Shown here: in pieces, positions 9,048 through 21,570 of the stretch
Layout: the number at the start of each line of letters is the position of its first letter
Numbering within the stretch: position 1 is the first letter of the stretch
Source of the DNA: Oopsacas minuta
Taxonomy: Eukaryota; Animalia; Porifera
NCBI GenBank assembly: GCA_024704765.1
Contig: JAKMXF010000297.1
Location: 1-64,000, forward strand
Length of the DNA: 64,000 nucleotides
Direction of reading: 5' to 3'
Notes under the pieces: model-generated
Database searches by the model: none
What the model saw: the letters and a program-made list of their open reading frames with translations, nothing else
Told to the model about the DNA's origin: nothing
Position numbers and translations under genes: made by a program

Positions 9048-11744
9048 ATGTTGAATATTAAGCTGAACTATGTCTTCTCCAATCTGTGTGGATGTATGTA
9101 CAAGCAAGGTAACATTATATTCACACCAGATGGAAATTCTGTACTCAGTCCTGTGGGGAACAGAGTAACACAGTTTGACCTTAAGAACAATAAATCTACA
9201 ACTTTTCCTTTCCAAAATAGGAAGAATATTTCTCGAATCGCTCTCTCTCCAGACGGAGATCTACTTCTTAGTGTTGATGACGACGGAAGACTTATTTTAG
9301 TTAATCTTTATCGCAAAGTTGTACTACAACATATCAATCTTAAACTTCCAGTAAAAGACATAAAATTTAGTCCAGACGGTTCGCTAATTTCTGTCACACA
9401 TGGTAGAATACTAGATATTTGGTATAGTCCTACAAAGGTGAAGAAGTTTGCTTCTTTCCAGCGTTTCAACAGTTTTCGTGGTCATAGTGATAAGATAACT
9501 TGCATTGACTGGTCTTCTGATTCTGAGTTTGTTGCTACTGGTTCGGCTGATATGACCGTGAGAGTATTTTCAATGCATAGAATATACGGATATAGATCTA
9601 TCCGTTTAGCTGGACATAGAAATACACTGGTAGGATGTTTCTTTGAGAAGAATTCCCTCAGTTTGTATACTTTATGTAAAGGGTCTGTTTTACTGTATTG
9701 GAGTTGTGATGTTAGTTTAGAAGAGGCTAGAGAGTTAAGGGAAAGAGCTGTAACAGAGGAAGGAAGAAAACTGGGATTTGAGCAATCTAGTGAAAAAGAT
9801 TTGTTCTTCTTTGATAAAGAACGAGACGAGGAAGAAGCTAGTAGTTCTGATGAAGATAATAAATACGAATCTATTGCTAAGAGAATAAAGAAATCTAATT
9901 CGATAGTATGGACACGATCTGATAAACATATACTTAATACAGAGCATCACTCTACTATCAGTTCTGCTTGTTATAGCTCTCATATCCGTATATTGGTTGT
10001 AGGATTTAAGAATGGAGTGTTTGTGTTATATGAAACTCCATCTCTTGTTCAAATACACTCCCTGTCTGTTTCTCAGCACGCGATTAATTCTGCGGCTCTC
10101 AACACGTCAGGACAATGGTTAGCTTTGGCTTCTAAGACTCTAGGACAGCTAGTTGTTTGGGAATGGTCCTCTGAAACGTTCATTCTGAAGCAGCAAGGTC
10201 ACTCCCTGGGTATGTCTTGTCTCACTTACTCTCCTGATGGAGAGGTTATTGTAACAGGTGGACAGGACGGTAAAGTCAAGTTATGGAGCACTGCGACTAG
10301 TTTCTGTTTCGCTACTTTTGGGGAACATACCGGTCCCGTTACTGGGGTGTGCTATAACGCAGTTGGACAAGTAATAATATCTGCCTCCCTTGATGGGACA
10401 GTCCGTGCATTCGATACAAAGCGTTATAGGAATTTCCGAACCTATACCTCCCCAGATCCAGCTCAATTCTCCTCGCTAGCTGTTGACTTTTCAGGAGAAC
10501 TGATTTGTGCGGGGTCACAGGACACTTTTGAGATTTATCTCTGGTCGCTTGAGACCGGAAAGCTCCTAGAGATTTTGAGGGGGCACACGGGTCCGATCAG
10601 CTGGCTACAATTCAGCCCTCTGGGTTCCCTCCTCGCTTCCAGTTCTTGGGATAAGAGCTACCGTCTCTGGGACCCGATCAATCCTGAGGGGAATAACGAA
10701 CATGTCGAATTTGTCACAGAAGCAGTCGCTCTCTGTTACAGTCCAAATGGGAAGGAATTAGCTGTCAGTACACTAGATGCACAAATAACCTTCTGGAATG
10801 TTGAAGAATCACTTCAAACAGGAAGTATAGAATGTAGAAGAGACATCTGGAGCGGTAGGAGAACAGAAGATCTGGTTACCACTAGACATCTTGCTAGCAC
10901 CAAATGTTTCACTTCAATCGCTTACACAGCTGATGGTAGTTGTTTGCTTGCAGGAGGAAGATCTAAATATATATGTATTTATGATGTACCCACCAAGATA
11001 CTGCTACGTAGATACCAGATCAGTGGAAACCGATCTTATGACGCAATGCAGAGGTATCTGGACAGCAGGAAGATGACAGAGGCAGGACCTGAAGATCTGA
11101 TAGAAATATCATCTGAGTCTGAGAGTGAAGATATTCAGTTACCAGGAGTGGTTAAAGGGGAACATAGCAGTCGTAAGACACGTCCTGAAATCGAGACAAG
11201 GGGTGTTCAGTTCTCTCCAACAGGTCTGTCGTGGGCAGCTGTTACAACTGATGGTCTTATGGTATACTCTTTGGATCAAGGATTGACATTCGATCCGTTT
11301 GAGTTAGGTACTGATATTACTCCAGGAGCTGTCATACAAGCTATATTAAGTGAGCATTATATGGAGGCTCTAGTGTATAGTGTACATTTGAACGAGCAAT
11401 CCCTGTTACAACGAGCTATTGAGAGTGTACCTACTGATCAGATAAAGTTGATTATGAGTACTCTACCATTCAGATATATTCCTAAACTCATCCCACACTT
11501 CGCACACTTTCTCAGCTCCACCACACATCTACAATTCTATATGCAATGGATTCAATCTCTACTGTTATATCATGGACGTAGTATTCAAGGAGAGATCGTA
11601 ACATTAGCTCCCGGACTCACTGCGCTACAGAACTCTATCCATGAGAAGATGGCAGATCTCTCCTCTCTAACTGATTCTAACAAATTTAGACTTGACTACT
11701 TTATCATGGTTCAACAGAGGGATAAAGCTGTTAATAATACGTAG
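9048..11744 (+). CDS. PWP2: Periodic tryptophan protein 2 (WD40, U3 processome UTP1), single exon
   Basis: N-terminus FSNLCG.MYKQGNIIFTPDGNSVLSPVGNRVTQFDLKNNKS is characteristic of PWP2. Multiple WD40 repeats and a Utp12-type C-terminus. First ATG is 9048 (the track starts at GTG 9045). Confidence 0.95.
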   Translation: MLNIKLNYVFSNLCGCMYKQGNIIFTPDGNSVLSPVGNRVTQFDLKNNKSTTFPFQNRKNISRIALSPDGDLLLSVDDDGRLILVNLYRKVVLQHINLKLPVKDIKFSPDGSLISVTHGRILDIWYSPTKVKKFASFQRFNSFRGHSDKITCIDWSSDSEFVATGSADMTVRVFSMHRIYGYRSIRLAGHRNTLVGCFFEKNSLSLYTLCKGSVLLYWSCDVSLEEARELRERAVTEEGRKLGFEQSSEKDLFFFDKERDEEEASSSDEDNKYESIAKRIKKSNSIVWTRSDKHILNTEHHSTISSACYSSHIRILVVGFKNGVFVLYETPSLVQIHSLSVSQHAINSAALNTSGQWLALASKTLGQLVVWEWSSETFILKQQGHSLGMSCLTYSPDGEVIVTGGQDGKVKLWSTATSFCFATFGEHTGPVTGVCYNAVGQVIISASLDGTVRAFDTKRYRNFRTYTSPDPAQFSSLAVDFSGELICAGSQDTFEIYLWSLETGKLLEILRGHTGPISWLQFSPLGSLLASSSWDKSYRLWDPINPEGNNEHVEFVTEAVALCYSPNGKELAVSTLDAQITFWNVEESLQTGSIECRRDIWSGRRTEDLVTTRHLASTKCFTSIAYTADGSCLLAGGRSKYICIYDVPTKILLRRYQISGNRSYDAMQRYLDSRKMTEAGPEDLIEISSESESEDIQLPGVVKGEHSSRKTRPEIETRGVQFSPTGLSWAAVTTDGLMVYSLDQGLTFDPFELGTDITPGAVIQAILSEHYMEALVYSVHLNEQSLLQRAIESVPTDQIKLIMSTLPFRYIPKLIPHFAHFLSSTTHLQFYMQWIQSLLLYHGRSIQGEIVTLAPGLTALQNSIHEKMADLSSLTDSNKFRLDYFIMVQQRDKAVNNT

Positions 11745-12012
11745 TAAAAGAATAATATATCTATAAAATGTAGGAAAGTTTAATGAGAAACCTCTATCCT
11801 GCTAGAAAACTTAAATGTGCCTACTTGTACAGGAGAAAGCCATTTCATAGATTGTGATTAACAACATCTTGATAACTAGCAATCCAAATTTATACTAATT
11901 ATCATGAAGCAGTGGAGTTATCTGAATGACTTCTAAGAATTCTTAATTAGTTAACCAATTATAGATTGTTTTCCTACTAAATAGCCAACTAGCTAATTGT
12001 CCTATCATATAA

Positions 12013-12783
12013 ATGCACTCAGCTAGACTGTTGCTCCCTCGTATCCTATCCAGACGTCTATCTTGCTCCCCTAGCATAAGAGACGGTATTATCAATCATG
12101 ATAAAGTGTACGTCTACTGGAATAACAAACTGTGTCTAACCCCAACAGAAGCTAAACTATCTCCATTAGAATTCCTGAACTTATCTGACTTACAGAGGAG
12201 AGAGAGAGCTATCTTCATTCCTTACTTCACGGATGGATCTATTCTCAAGGTAATGTGGACTGATAAGGCATCTCCCTCTGGTCTATGTGAATTCACTGGT
12301 GTGTGTATCTACCAGTCAGAGGATATGCTTAACGTAGCAACTACATTCATACTTAGGAATGTTATCAAAGAGGAAGGAGTGAATATTACATTTGAGAAGC
12401 ACTCTCCAATAATACAGAGTATTGATCTTATCAGATTTCAGAAAATAGAATGGAATGAAGAAGGAGAATCATTAGAAGACTATCCTCTTTCTGCCAGTAA
12501 GATTCCTGATAACTTAACTACTCTATTAACAAACAAACCCTTACCTCTAACACCTAGCAAGAGTGGTCCAGTAGTTTCAAATCAGATTCTAAATAAACTA
12601 ATCAAAAAGAAAGAAATACACATTATTAAATCAGCTAAGGAGATTAAAGAAGAGTATGATCCCTACTACAAATGGTACATTACTTCTCAAGATGTTCCCA
12701 GTGAAATAATACATGATGGTATACGGGATATTAAGGAAGTGAGCGATAGACACATTGACATACTAATAGGTGATACAAAATAG
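12013..12783 (+). CDS. MRPL19: Mitochondrial ribosomal protein L19 (bL19m)
   Basis: Transit-peptide-like N-terminus, then IPYFTDGSILKV...EFTGVCI...ATTFILRNVIKEEGVNITFE.HSP.IQSI, matching the L19 core. Confidence 0.85.
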   Translation: MHSARLLLPRILSRRLSCSPSIRDGIINHDKVYVYWNNKLCLTPTEAKLSPLEFLNLSDLQRRERAIFIPYFTDGSILKVMWTDKASPSGLCEFTGVCIYQSEDMLNVATTFILRNVIKEEGVNITFEKHSPIIQSIDLIRFQKIEWNEEGESLEDYPLSASKIPDNLTTLLTNKPLPLTPSKSGPVVSNQILNKLIKKKEIHIIKSAKEIKEEYDPYYKWYITSQDVPSEIIHDGIRDIKEVSDRHIDILIGDTK

Positions 12784-12963
12784 TAATTTTATTAATGAAT
12801 TCTTAACCAATGGTTATGATCACTTCAAATTAGCAAATAATTTAAATAAATTTAATATATTTTCTCGGCAGTATTATCCTTACAAATGGGCTAACATTAT
12901 AGCTATAAGAGGAAAGTCAAGTCATTTGTTTATCTAACACACCGTCTGTATAGCTTGTATAGC

Positions 12964-15299
12964 ATGCCGAGTAGTAGATTAAAAGGTTTCAAAAGGGGTG
13001 GTAAACGGGGGAGGGGGAGGGGGAGAGGGAGAGGGAGGACTCCAATGAGACCTGTTATCAGCGGAGCAGCTACGAACGGACTTGACTCTTTAATACTCAC
13101 AGACGATGAAACCCCTGTTGTAGTAGAAGATGACGTATCTCCCCTCACAAAATTCATGAATATTACAAAAGCAGATAAAGTAGTTGCTCACAATTATCTA
13201 TCCACATGTAATGATGATCTTAACGAAGCTATCGCTATGTTTTGTCAATCCTCATCTCCCATGACCCCTTCCACCCAGTCATCACCTCACACAGCTGCCG
13301 CTACACAACAACAATCTGAAGAGGATAACCCAGCTCCTCTCTCCCCCACTACTTATGAGAAAACGTTAGTTGTTTAATTTTGAATAATGAAACTTGAAAT
13401 AGACAGAGTTATTTCTTTTAGTTTTGGAGTTAGGCCTCCGAAGCCTCGAGTAAAAGAGCGCCTTATTGAAGAACCACGAGGTAACACAAAACAAATTTTA
13501 AGCCCCAATATGACCGATAATCTATCTTGTAGAAACTATTAGAGACTATAGGAATCTTTCTAAGAGGAAGCTACCAGAGTCTATCTTCAGCGAGGATTAT
13601 TCTTTAAGTAAATTCTTTGTTAATGATTTACATGTTTCCGCAACTTATTATAAATTATTTGTGTTTCCGTTCTTAGGTAATCCTTCTAAGAAGAGTAAAC
13701 AACTTCATGAACTATACAAAGTACCTGTGGACATTACCTACAAAGGAACATTCGATCAGGTGATAACTATTTAACTTTCCTTCTTCTTTTGAATGAGATC
13801 ATTCAAATATTATTTAATGAAAATGTGAATTTATTTCTTGTACAAGAGTAGATTATTTTTGTTGTTTTTATGGCATTTCTTTATGAAAATAGGCAAAAAA
13901 ACATGCGAAACAATCCGACAGATGGCTGATTGTAAATATCCAGGATACAACAGATTTCAAATCCCATTGTATCAACAGGGACATCTGGCGTAATTCCATT
14001 ATCAGAAATCAATTAGAAAACAATTTCTCTTTATGGCAGGTTATACGCTAATTAATCTAATCAGTTTAGAACTTTGTGAAGATCAATGACAGTTTCTGCA
14101 TACCATTGTTATCTTATATTTTGCATAACATTAGTGGAAGCCAGGGTTTCATTTAGGCGAATTTTTTCGCTCGCCACAATATTCGTCCGCACCCGCGTGT
14201 CTATAACATTATATGTACTTTACTTATTTGGTAATATTTTTTATTTCCACGCGCCAATTTGAAACCTTAATGGGATACATCATTCCTTACCATTTGGTAC
14301 TATAATGATATCTTTATTTGTAACACTACAGGTTAATAAAGATAGTTCTGATGCCTGCTGGTACTCTAAGTTCTATGATGTTTGTTCTCTTCCCTACATA
14401 GCTATTTTGGATTCTACAACTGGTGAGCTTCATAGCAATACTTAGGTAGTATGTCTACAGTTTCTAATTCTGGGCTAAACAACGAAATTAGAATTTCCTA
14501 ATTTGATTCTGTTTTGTTATTTCTAATACATATTTATGAATTTTTCTTCAAGGAAAATTATTAAAAGAAATACAGACAACAAACCCAGAGGTGTTTATTG
14601 CACTAAGTTAGTTAATAAAATATAATTACTATATTTGTATAGTTGCAATGATGTCTCTTATTTGTTTTTGTAGTTGAGGAGTTTCTCTGTAACTTTGTAA
14701 TAACCTCCAGCTCTACTCCGGTATACTAAGTAACATACATACAAACTGTGGATATAAACACATCAATCAATAATATGTATACCTTCTTTAGGCTGTATCC
14801 AACACACCTTTTGAAGATGAAGATTTTAAAGCTGCTATTAGTGCCTCTCTTGTATCTTCTAAACAGAACGGAAAAGTTTCAAATAATACTTCACTCGCTG
14901 ATGCACCAACAAGCTCTAAGTCCTATGATGATGAATTTACAGAGGATAAGCCTATTCCTTGGGTAGAGTCAGAATACACTCCCTCTCTCATACCTGGGGA
15001 CTCTGTGACTCGTATTATAATCAGGTGTCTAGACGGAGCCAGACGAGCTGTCACCTTCTCTCAGTCACAACCTATCAAGGTAGTATATATAGGATTCAGT
15101 TTAGTTTTTCCTCTTGATTTATTCTGTAATTCTTTTACAGGATCTATTTGACTATTTATTGATTCATGGCATGGACAGTAGTGAATTAGAGATCCTCAGT
15201 ACATATCCAAGGATGGTACTCAATAACACAGACCCTCTCACTTCCTTTAAAGATGCCCAATTAGCACCCAGTGCAACTCTTTTCATCCAATTTCCTTAG
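12964..15299 (+). CDS. UBXN7: UBX domain-containing protein 7-like (UBA, UAS/thioredoxin-like, UIM, UBX), multi-exon
   Basis: UBA-like segment (AHNYLSTCNDDLNEAIAMF). UAS segment across exons: LHELYKVPVDITYKGTFDQ|AKK...WLIVNIQD..DFKSHCINRDIW. UIM-like FEDEDFKAAISASL. UBX C-terminus (IIRCLDGARR...LSTYPR...QLAPSATLFIQ). Stop at 15297-15299. Confidence 0.85.
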
Positions 15300-15664
15300 C
15301 TTAGTTGTATGCTACTTTTGAGCTAGATACACCTTGTAAACACCTATACTATATAGAGCACTTTTCAATGAATGCAAATTGTTTAATATTTCTATATAAT
15401 GCTACAAAGAATATCGTATTTATCCGAAATGGCGCTGAGGTTCTAATATTAATGCTAGCTTATAGAAATTCACTAATTAATTATGTGTAATTTTCACGCG
15501 TTTGGGCAAATGCATCGGAGAAGTACATAGAAATAATTATGATAAATTAACCCAATAAACTGATTATTCTATATAATATATAATTAATAAACTCGTTTAT
15601 GAAAATAATATTAACTAGTTCAAATTAAAAGCAACTATTTCCACATTTAAATACCATATCATAA

Positions 15665-17401
15665 TTATAAAGTCCACCACTGTATTGATTTATAAGGTTC
15701 CTTCAATATTACTCCGATCTTCTTCTCCAACTCATCATAATATTCTATAATCTGTTCTGGAATTTCTCTGTTGATTGCCTTTGTCAAGAAATGTTCTTCC
15801 TTTTCGTACTCCTTAACCAGTTCTCTGTTCTTCTCAATGCTCTCTAATGATACGAACTGTACAATATCGCGAATCATCTGTTGATTTCTGCCATTTTTCA
15901 AAGGCTTTAGATCTCCGTCTAGTCGTCGCATATCTGTGAAATCTGCATTTCCTATACCAACCACTACAATGGATATTGGTAGATATGATGCGTATACGAT
16001 TGAATCGATGGTAGCTTCTCTATCACAGATAACTCCATCAGTAATTATTAGAAGTATGTTATACCTCTTACTATCGGGGTTCTTCTCTTTCTCAACCTTC
16101 ACATCTAGCGCTACTGTCTTTACAATCTTTGAGAATACTGTAGGTCCAGAAAGCGTTATTTTTTGGATCTTAGACTTGTAAGCTTCTAGTAAGTTATCTA
16201 AGCCTTCAACATCTGGAGAGTTTGGGTCAAGTTGGAAACAATGACAAGTTTCGGTTTCATGCTTTAGTTTAGCTCCGAATCCATAAGCTGCGATATTTTT
16301 ATCTGTGAATCCGTTTAGCATTCCAGGCAGTGCACCTTGTAACACCTCAATATATTTGTTACCAGACCCTGAGACTGTGTGTAATGAGTCCAACTCAGTG
16401 TGCTTTCCATTCGAAGCAGTAAAATCGATTGCAACGTGTATTTTAACTTGTATGTTGTTTTCACTCAAGAAATTGAAGTAATCTGGTGCTACTTGTTTAG
16501 GTTTTGATGCGGAAATTATTATGTTACCTTTACTCATTAGTTTGATTTGTGTACTTACGGAGGAGTCGTTATCTGCATCATAGGCTAGCGTGCTTGCTGA
16601 TCTGACTATAACCTTCTCCTTTAGAGTACTACGAAATTCTTCATCACAATGGATTTGATCGTAAGTAACTTCTACACTACCAAGTAGCCTATCTTCACCA
16701 AATCGTTTGGTGGAATAGACTGAAAATATCAGTTGGGAATCGTCATTTGTGTGGAGAAGTTCTCTTTCAATATTTTCAATATTCCACATGAGTCTGGATT
16801 TATATTTTTGCATTTCAGAATGATGAACTTGAATTGTTTTCTTATCGCAACGCAGTTTACTGACAATCAGATAGGTATTTGGTTTGAAGAATTTCTTTGG
16901 CATAGTTGCAATGAATTGTAGAGAAACTTTGTGTGGTGGGAGAGGAGGGATAATATCGACATGGAGATTTAATATTCCAGTTTTTCTCTGTTTCTTACGT
17001 AGAGTTAATTCCATTTCCTTGTCTTTAACAAGTTCTACTGCTCGTATTGTTACTTCCCCGATTAAATCGTTACCTCCTACTAAATCAAAATCGTAAATAC
17101 TGAATTGTAATATTTGGTCTTCTTCGTATAAATAAGGCACAAATATTGGAGATTTGAAGACTGGAACTTTGGTGTTGCTTATTTTTTCAGTTTTACCAAT
17201 TAATGTGCTACCTAACATTCCTTCCCGTACTTCTTTCACGATACAGTAGGGGTCAGGATCACCTACGTCTGTGGAGTGTAGATTTGATGCTTCGATCTGT
17301 ATTTCTAATCTCATTTGTTGTTGCAGGAAAAACTCACAATCTTCACTTGTGCGGTTTGTAGCTCCAACTGGTCCTATCTCTACCATCTCATATGTAGCCA
17401 T
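15665..17401 (-). CDS. Copine (C2A-C2B-VWA), single exon
   Basis: C2 domain (DPDPYC...YDFDLVGGND) and copine VWA motifs (VAIDFTASNG, AYGFGAK, LSGPTVFS, YNILLIITDGVI, LPISIVVVGIG.ADF..M..LDGD, RDIVQFV). Likely ATG at 17401. Confidence 0.9.
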   Translation of the reverse strand: MATYEMVEIGPVGATNRTSEDCEFFLQQQMRLEIQIEASNLHSTDVGDPDPYCIVKEVREGMLGSTLIGKTEKISNTKVPVFKSPIFVPYLYEEDQILQFSIYDFDLVGGNDLIGEVTIRAVELVKDKEMELTLRKKQRKTGILNLHVDIIPPLPPHKVSLQFIATMPKKFFKPNTYLIVSKLRCDKKTIQVHHSEMQKYKSRLMWNIENIERELLHTNDDSQLIFSVYSTKRFGEDRLLGSVEVTYDQIHCDEEFRSTLKEKVIVRSASTLAYDADNDSSVSTQIKLMSKGNIIISASKPKQVAPDYFNFLSENNIQVKIHVAIDFTASNGKHTELDSLHTVSGSGNKYIEVLQGALPGMLNGFTDKNIAAYGFGAKLKHETETCHCFQLDPNSPDVEGLDNLLEAYKSKIQKITLSGPTVFSKIVKTVALDVKVEKEKNPDSKRYNILLIITDGVICDREATIDSIVYASYLPISIVVVGIGNADFTDMRRLDGDLKPLKNGRNQQMIRDIVQFVSLESIEKNRELVKEYEKEEHFLTKAINREIPEQIIEYYDELEKKIGVILKEPYKSIQWWTL

Positions 17402-18133
17402 TATTTTACTCGCAATGATAATATGATACAAATATACAATGAATAGAATATTTTATTCTTTGGTTTAGATTAAATATCTTGACTAGGTCAGCCTATACCC
17501 TGTCTGTAATAGGATGCCTATAATATCTCCAAATAGATTATTTGAGTTCTTATAACTCAGCAAGATAATATTACAAATTGAATACCTTGTTTAGTTTACA
17601 ATTATCCACTATAGTAAAATACTACTATCTGCTTGCTACCATGTCCATATCTCATCAAGATTTTGTAATTCTTCAATCCAAGGCTTCGACCACTAAGAGT
17701 TGTCGGTGCTGATCTTAATTTGCTATGATCACTGGTTCAATAGGCCGAACTGCTTAATATTTCCTCAAAACTCTGAATAAGGGGTTTCTTTATTTCCGCC
17801 ATGTATTTTATTTCTAAATATGTTTACTATTCACACCTTTTTAATGTACGTATTTCAAGACAAAACACATGCTATTTTGAGAAATACCTAAACTAGTACA
17901 GATGATTAGAATCCATCAACTGGATGGTTGTACGCCATATCAATGGCAGACAAATTAAGAACCAGAGAATACACTCTTTGTGTAAGAATGCAATCGGATC
18001 CATAGTAGAATACTTGCGGCCACTTAATCCAGCTGTGGATAGCATTAACTTCCATCTGTATTGTTGCTAGACTATATAAGGAGGTTTCGCAATATGTCAC
18101 TAATTAATTTATTCAATTACTTATCAGCAAATT

Positions 18134-20538
18134 ATGAATTTTTATATTAAGTATTGGTTTTATATTGCAAGCTTGCTTTTAATTTTAACAGAATCAGCTG
18201 ATGAGCCTTCTTGCACTAACACAATAGAATATGTTAGACATCACGAGCCAGATCTGTTATACATACATGAAGCAGGTAATCACAATTTCTGAACTAATAT
18301 ATTTATTTTACAAATATCAACATACTATATGTAGGTATACCGTATATTTGCGGACTAGATGCTAGTAACTGCTGTCAGAGTAAGGTTGAGAGACGTCTCC
18401 TGATTAGAACACACCAAAACATAACTAATGCTCTTACAAAAGTTAAATCCAATACACTGCGAGATTTTAACAATTATGATACCCTGATAGGTGAGTTTAT
18501 TTATTTGCAAAATAGTAATAAATTATTAATGTTACATTTCAATATTATATCAACAGATGCATACGAGTACACAGTAGAGAAGAGTAAGCAAGAATATTCA
18601 GACTACTTTTACAGTACATTTGGACTGCACTATTATAAGTATATACAACCAGCTGATACTCTATTCGAGTACTTCAAAGATTTCACATATGGTCAGAATA
18701 TCGATCTCCTCCCAGCTGAGCTACATGATTTCTTTGCAAACCAATTCCTAGCCTCTGTGAAAGAGTTCTTATACCTAGAACAGGTATCACCTTCTTACCA
18801 ACAATGCATACGATCTGTCTACAGACGATATGTGAAGCTAGCTGAATATAGTGAGCTATATATGTACCTTAACAATATATTAACTAAATTGAGTCTTGTG
18901 TTGAAAGCGAGAGAGAGCTTACACAGGATTGTTGATCATATTCGTAGAGACAATTCTATGCTGTCAGGAGAGGAGTGTCCTGCCTCACTCATGAGAATGT
19001 CAACCTGTCAGCTCTGTGACGGATACAAGTCACTCTCTCCGTGTAGAGATCTTTGTCTCAATACGGTTGGAGGTTGTCTTGCACCCCTAATGAGACTTGA
19101 AGACCCTCTATTATACCAGTACAAAATATTAAAACAGTTAGCAACACAGTTTGCAAATGATTTTAATGAGTTCGAACAACAACTCAAGAAGCTAACAATA
19201 TCAACTATGGAGTTTATCTTCAGGCTTCATGTAAATTCTAGGAAAATAGTTGGACAGGTTAGTATGTAATCTCTAATATTTTAATACCGGGTTAAATGGT
19301 TAAATGACGCATTTAAAATGTTAACACAGCAGTTAGTATTTGTAAGATAGGACTTCGGATTGTCATCTTCCTAAGTATCAGACATATTAGGGTACAGAGA
19401 AGACATTGAATAATGATATTTGTATGGTTCAATGAATTTCGGAAATTATCCTAGTAAATTTGATGTGTAAATTATAATAGAATTGTTTTCTTAAACCCGG
19501 TTGCTACACCTAATTGATATAATTATTTAATATATTTTCAGATAAAGAGCAATTGTGCAATAGATACCAGCAGCAGATATAAACGTATAGTAGATCACAG
19601 TCCTCAGGAGTGGAGGAGATCTGCTTACAATATTGTGTACTCATCTCAACCCTCAAACACTATACAACTCCAAACTGCTCTAGATGAGTTCTTAATCTCC
19701 TTCGACAGAGTTGTATCATTCCTCCACGATTTACCTGACAAAACTTGCCAGTCATTAGGAGCAGCAAGAGGCAACTCAAACTGCTGGAATGGAAATGATA
19801 GGGGAAAGTAAGTTTTAAGAATTATCCTAGGCTATTCAGTACTCAATTCTCATCTAATATTTGAAGATATAATTCAATTATTCTCTATTGTACAGATATA
19901 GACTTGGTGTGGTAGGAACAGATCGTTTAGCACAGCTTAAGAACCCCGCTATATCTCTCACATCCAACAGTTTTATTACATACCAAGCTGACTATGAGGG
20001 AGTTAAGCAAGTGACCTACTCACTCCAAAAGTTCGTACAGCTCAGTGCTTGTTTTATTGATGATTATGAGTGTATTAATAACATCCCTCTCTGTTCAGAG
20101 GTGTCTCCTACTAGTGAGACAATACCAATGAGTGGTATGGGTGAGATGAGTGGAGATGGAGACCTGTATCTAGATGAAGAGGACGAGGGGTGGGGAGAGG
20201 ACACGACAGATCAATATTTAGATACAAAAAGTGAGTTATATTACTCAGGAAATGGTGACTACCAGGATCCCAGTTATAGGAGAAAGGGGGCATATTATAA
20301 TATAGCTAAATCAATGCCAAACACAGTAGTTACATGTCTCCCTCCTGGATTCGTTGCAACAGAAAGATACACTACTACAAACGACCCATCGACTAGCTCA
20401 ACACAAACTACACCTGATTTGATCAAAGAATTTAATATTGATACAGAGAACTCTACTATTCACAATGCTAGTTATAAGAATACAAACAGTCTCTTATTGT
20501 TATTAGCGATGGTGGTATGTATGCTCAGTATATTCTAA
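18134..20538 (+). CDS. Glypican (GPI-anchored heparan sulfate proteoglycan), about 5 exons
   Basis: Signal peptide MNFYIKYWFYIASLLLILTESA. Cys pattern C....LMRM..C.LC.G.....PC...C.N...GCLA, then CWNG. Ser-Gly sites in acidic context (SGMGEMSGDGD, SGNG). Hydrophobic GPI signal at the C-terminus. Confidence 0.9.
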
Positions 20539-20800
20539 CGAAAATTCTAGAGATATGGACTCGTATTCAAATTAACCAAGGAATTACTAAATAAATCGCT
20601 TACTAGATGCTACAAGTGTTTGACGCATATTAATGCTGTATTTCTTTATTTAGTGAAACTAATCACAACATACGTATATAATATCCTATATACCTTGATA
20701 TATTACAAGTGAAACTTTAAAAATATTCCGTACTTTAATACTCTAATAATATTTGTAAATTCTATAGTATAAACGTGTATCACAATGTCTCTTATTGATT

Positions 20801-21205
20801 CTAATTCCATTGCTGCTCCACTGGATTAAGCTTAAACTTATCATAGTCTGCTCGGTTGAAGTAGGATAGTTCTACTTCGTTCTCTAAATTAACTTCTTCC
20901 AGGCTGTTGTCTAGATTGCTAAGAATAAATTTGTCATCATCTTCCAAATTGATAGCTGTGCTGTTTGGTTTTTGTCCGTGAGCAAATGTGAATATTTTAA
21001 TTGTGTCATAATTTGTCTTTTTGAAAGGAGGTGGAAGAGTAGAAGACTTGTGAATCTCTTTTCCAATATCTTTCAACAACTCTCCAACTGTTGAAGTAAT
21101 AGGGATAGATTTGATGACTATGTTCTTGATTGATCTGTATTCAAACGACCTGATTAGTCTGATTGTTATTCTAATCCCTGGTGGTTTTTCTGTTACTTCA
21201 GCCAT
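20801..21205 (-). CDS. C2orf76: UPF0538 protein, C2orf76 homolog
   Basis: ITIRLIRSFEYR, LPPPFK...YDTIKI...AHGQK, LEDDDK and the terminal NP...W match the family. Confidence 0.9.
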   Translation of the reverse strand: MAEVTEKPPGIRITIRLIRSFEYRSIKNIVIKSIPITSTVGELLKDIGKEIHKSSTLPPPFKKTNYDTIKIFTFAHGQKPNSTAINLEDDDKFILSNLDNSLEEVNLENEVELSYFNRADYDKFKLNPVEQQWN

Positions 21206-21570
21206 CTAACTTGTGCTTCTAGAAATCATAATTGACTGGTAATAAGGTCAAAACATGCAAATTAGTAGAATGAGTTTTGAATGTGCATTTGATAATCCTT
21301 AGTTCGCAATTTACGTTTACTAGTTATAAGATGAGCTACTTTTCAGGAAGAATCCTTGGTTGTAGCAACGAACTTTTTTGCAACTCAATTTTTGTTCAGA
21401 ATAGATCAAGGAACCAGTAAGAGCTATCAACTTGAAATTTAACATAATGGTAAAGATCAGCTGTTAAACTTAATATTTCCATTTTCATTGCACGTTTATG
21501 AAAAATAGATAATAATTATTAATAAATTATAGCTATACATTCGATATTAAAAGCAATTATCTACATTGAA

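Noticed and set aside
11765-11945. Possible snoRNA or small exon between PWP2 and MRPL19
   Set aside because: No properly spaced C (RUGAUGA) and D (CUGA) boxes with a terminal stem, and no convincing open frame.
17890-18100. GC-richer patch and 64-aa ORF between copine and glypican
   Set aside because: None of the translations I checked resembles a known family, and there are no terminal repeats. It is most likely promoter or UTR sequence of the divergent pair.
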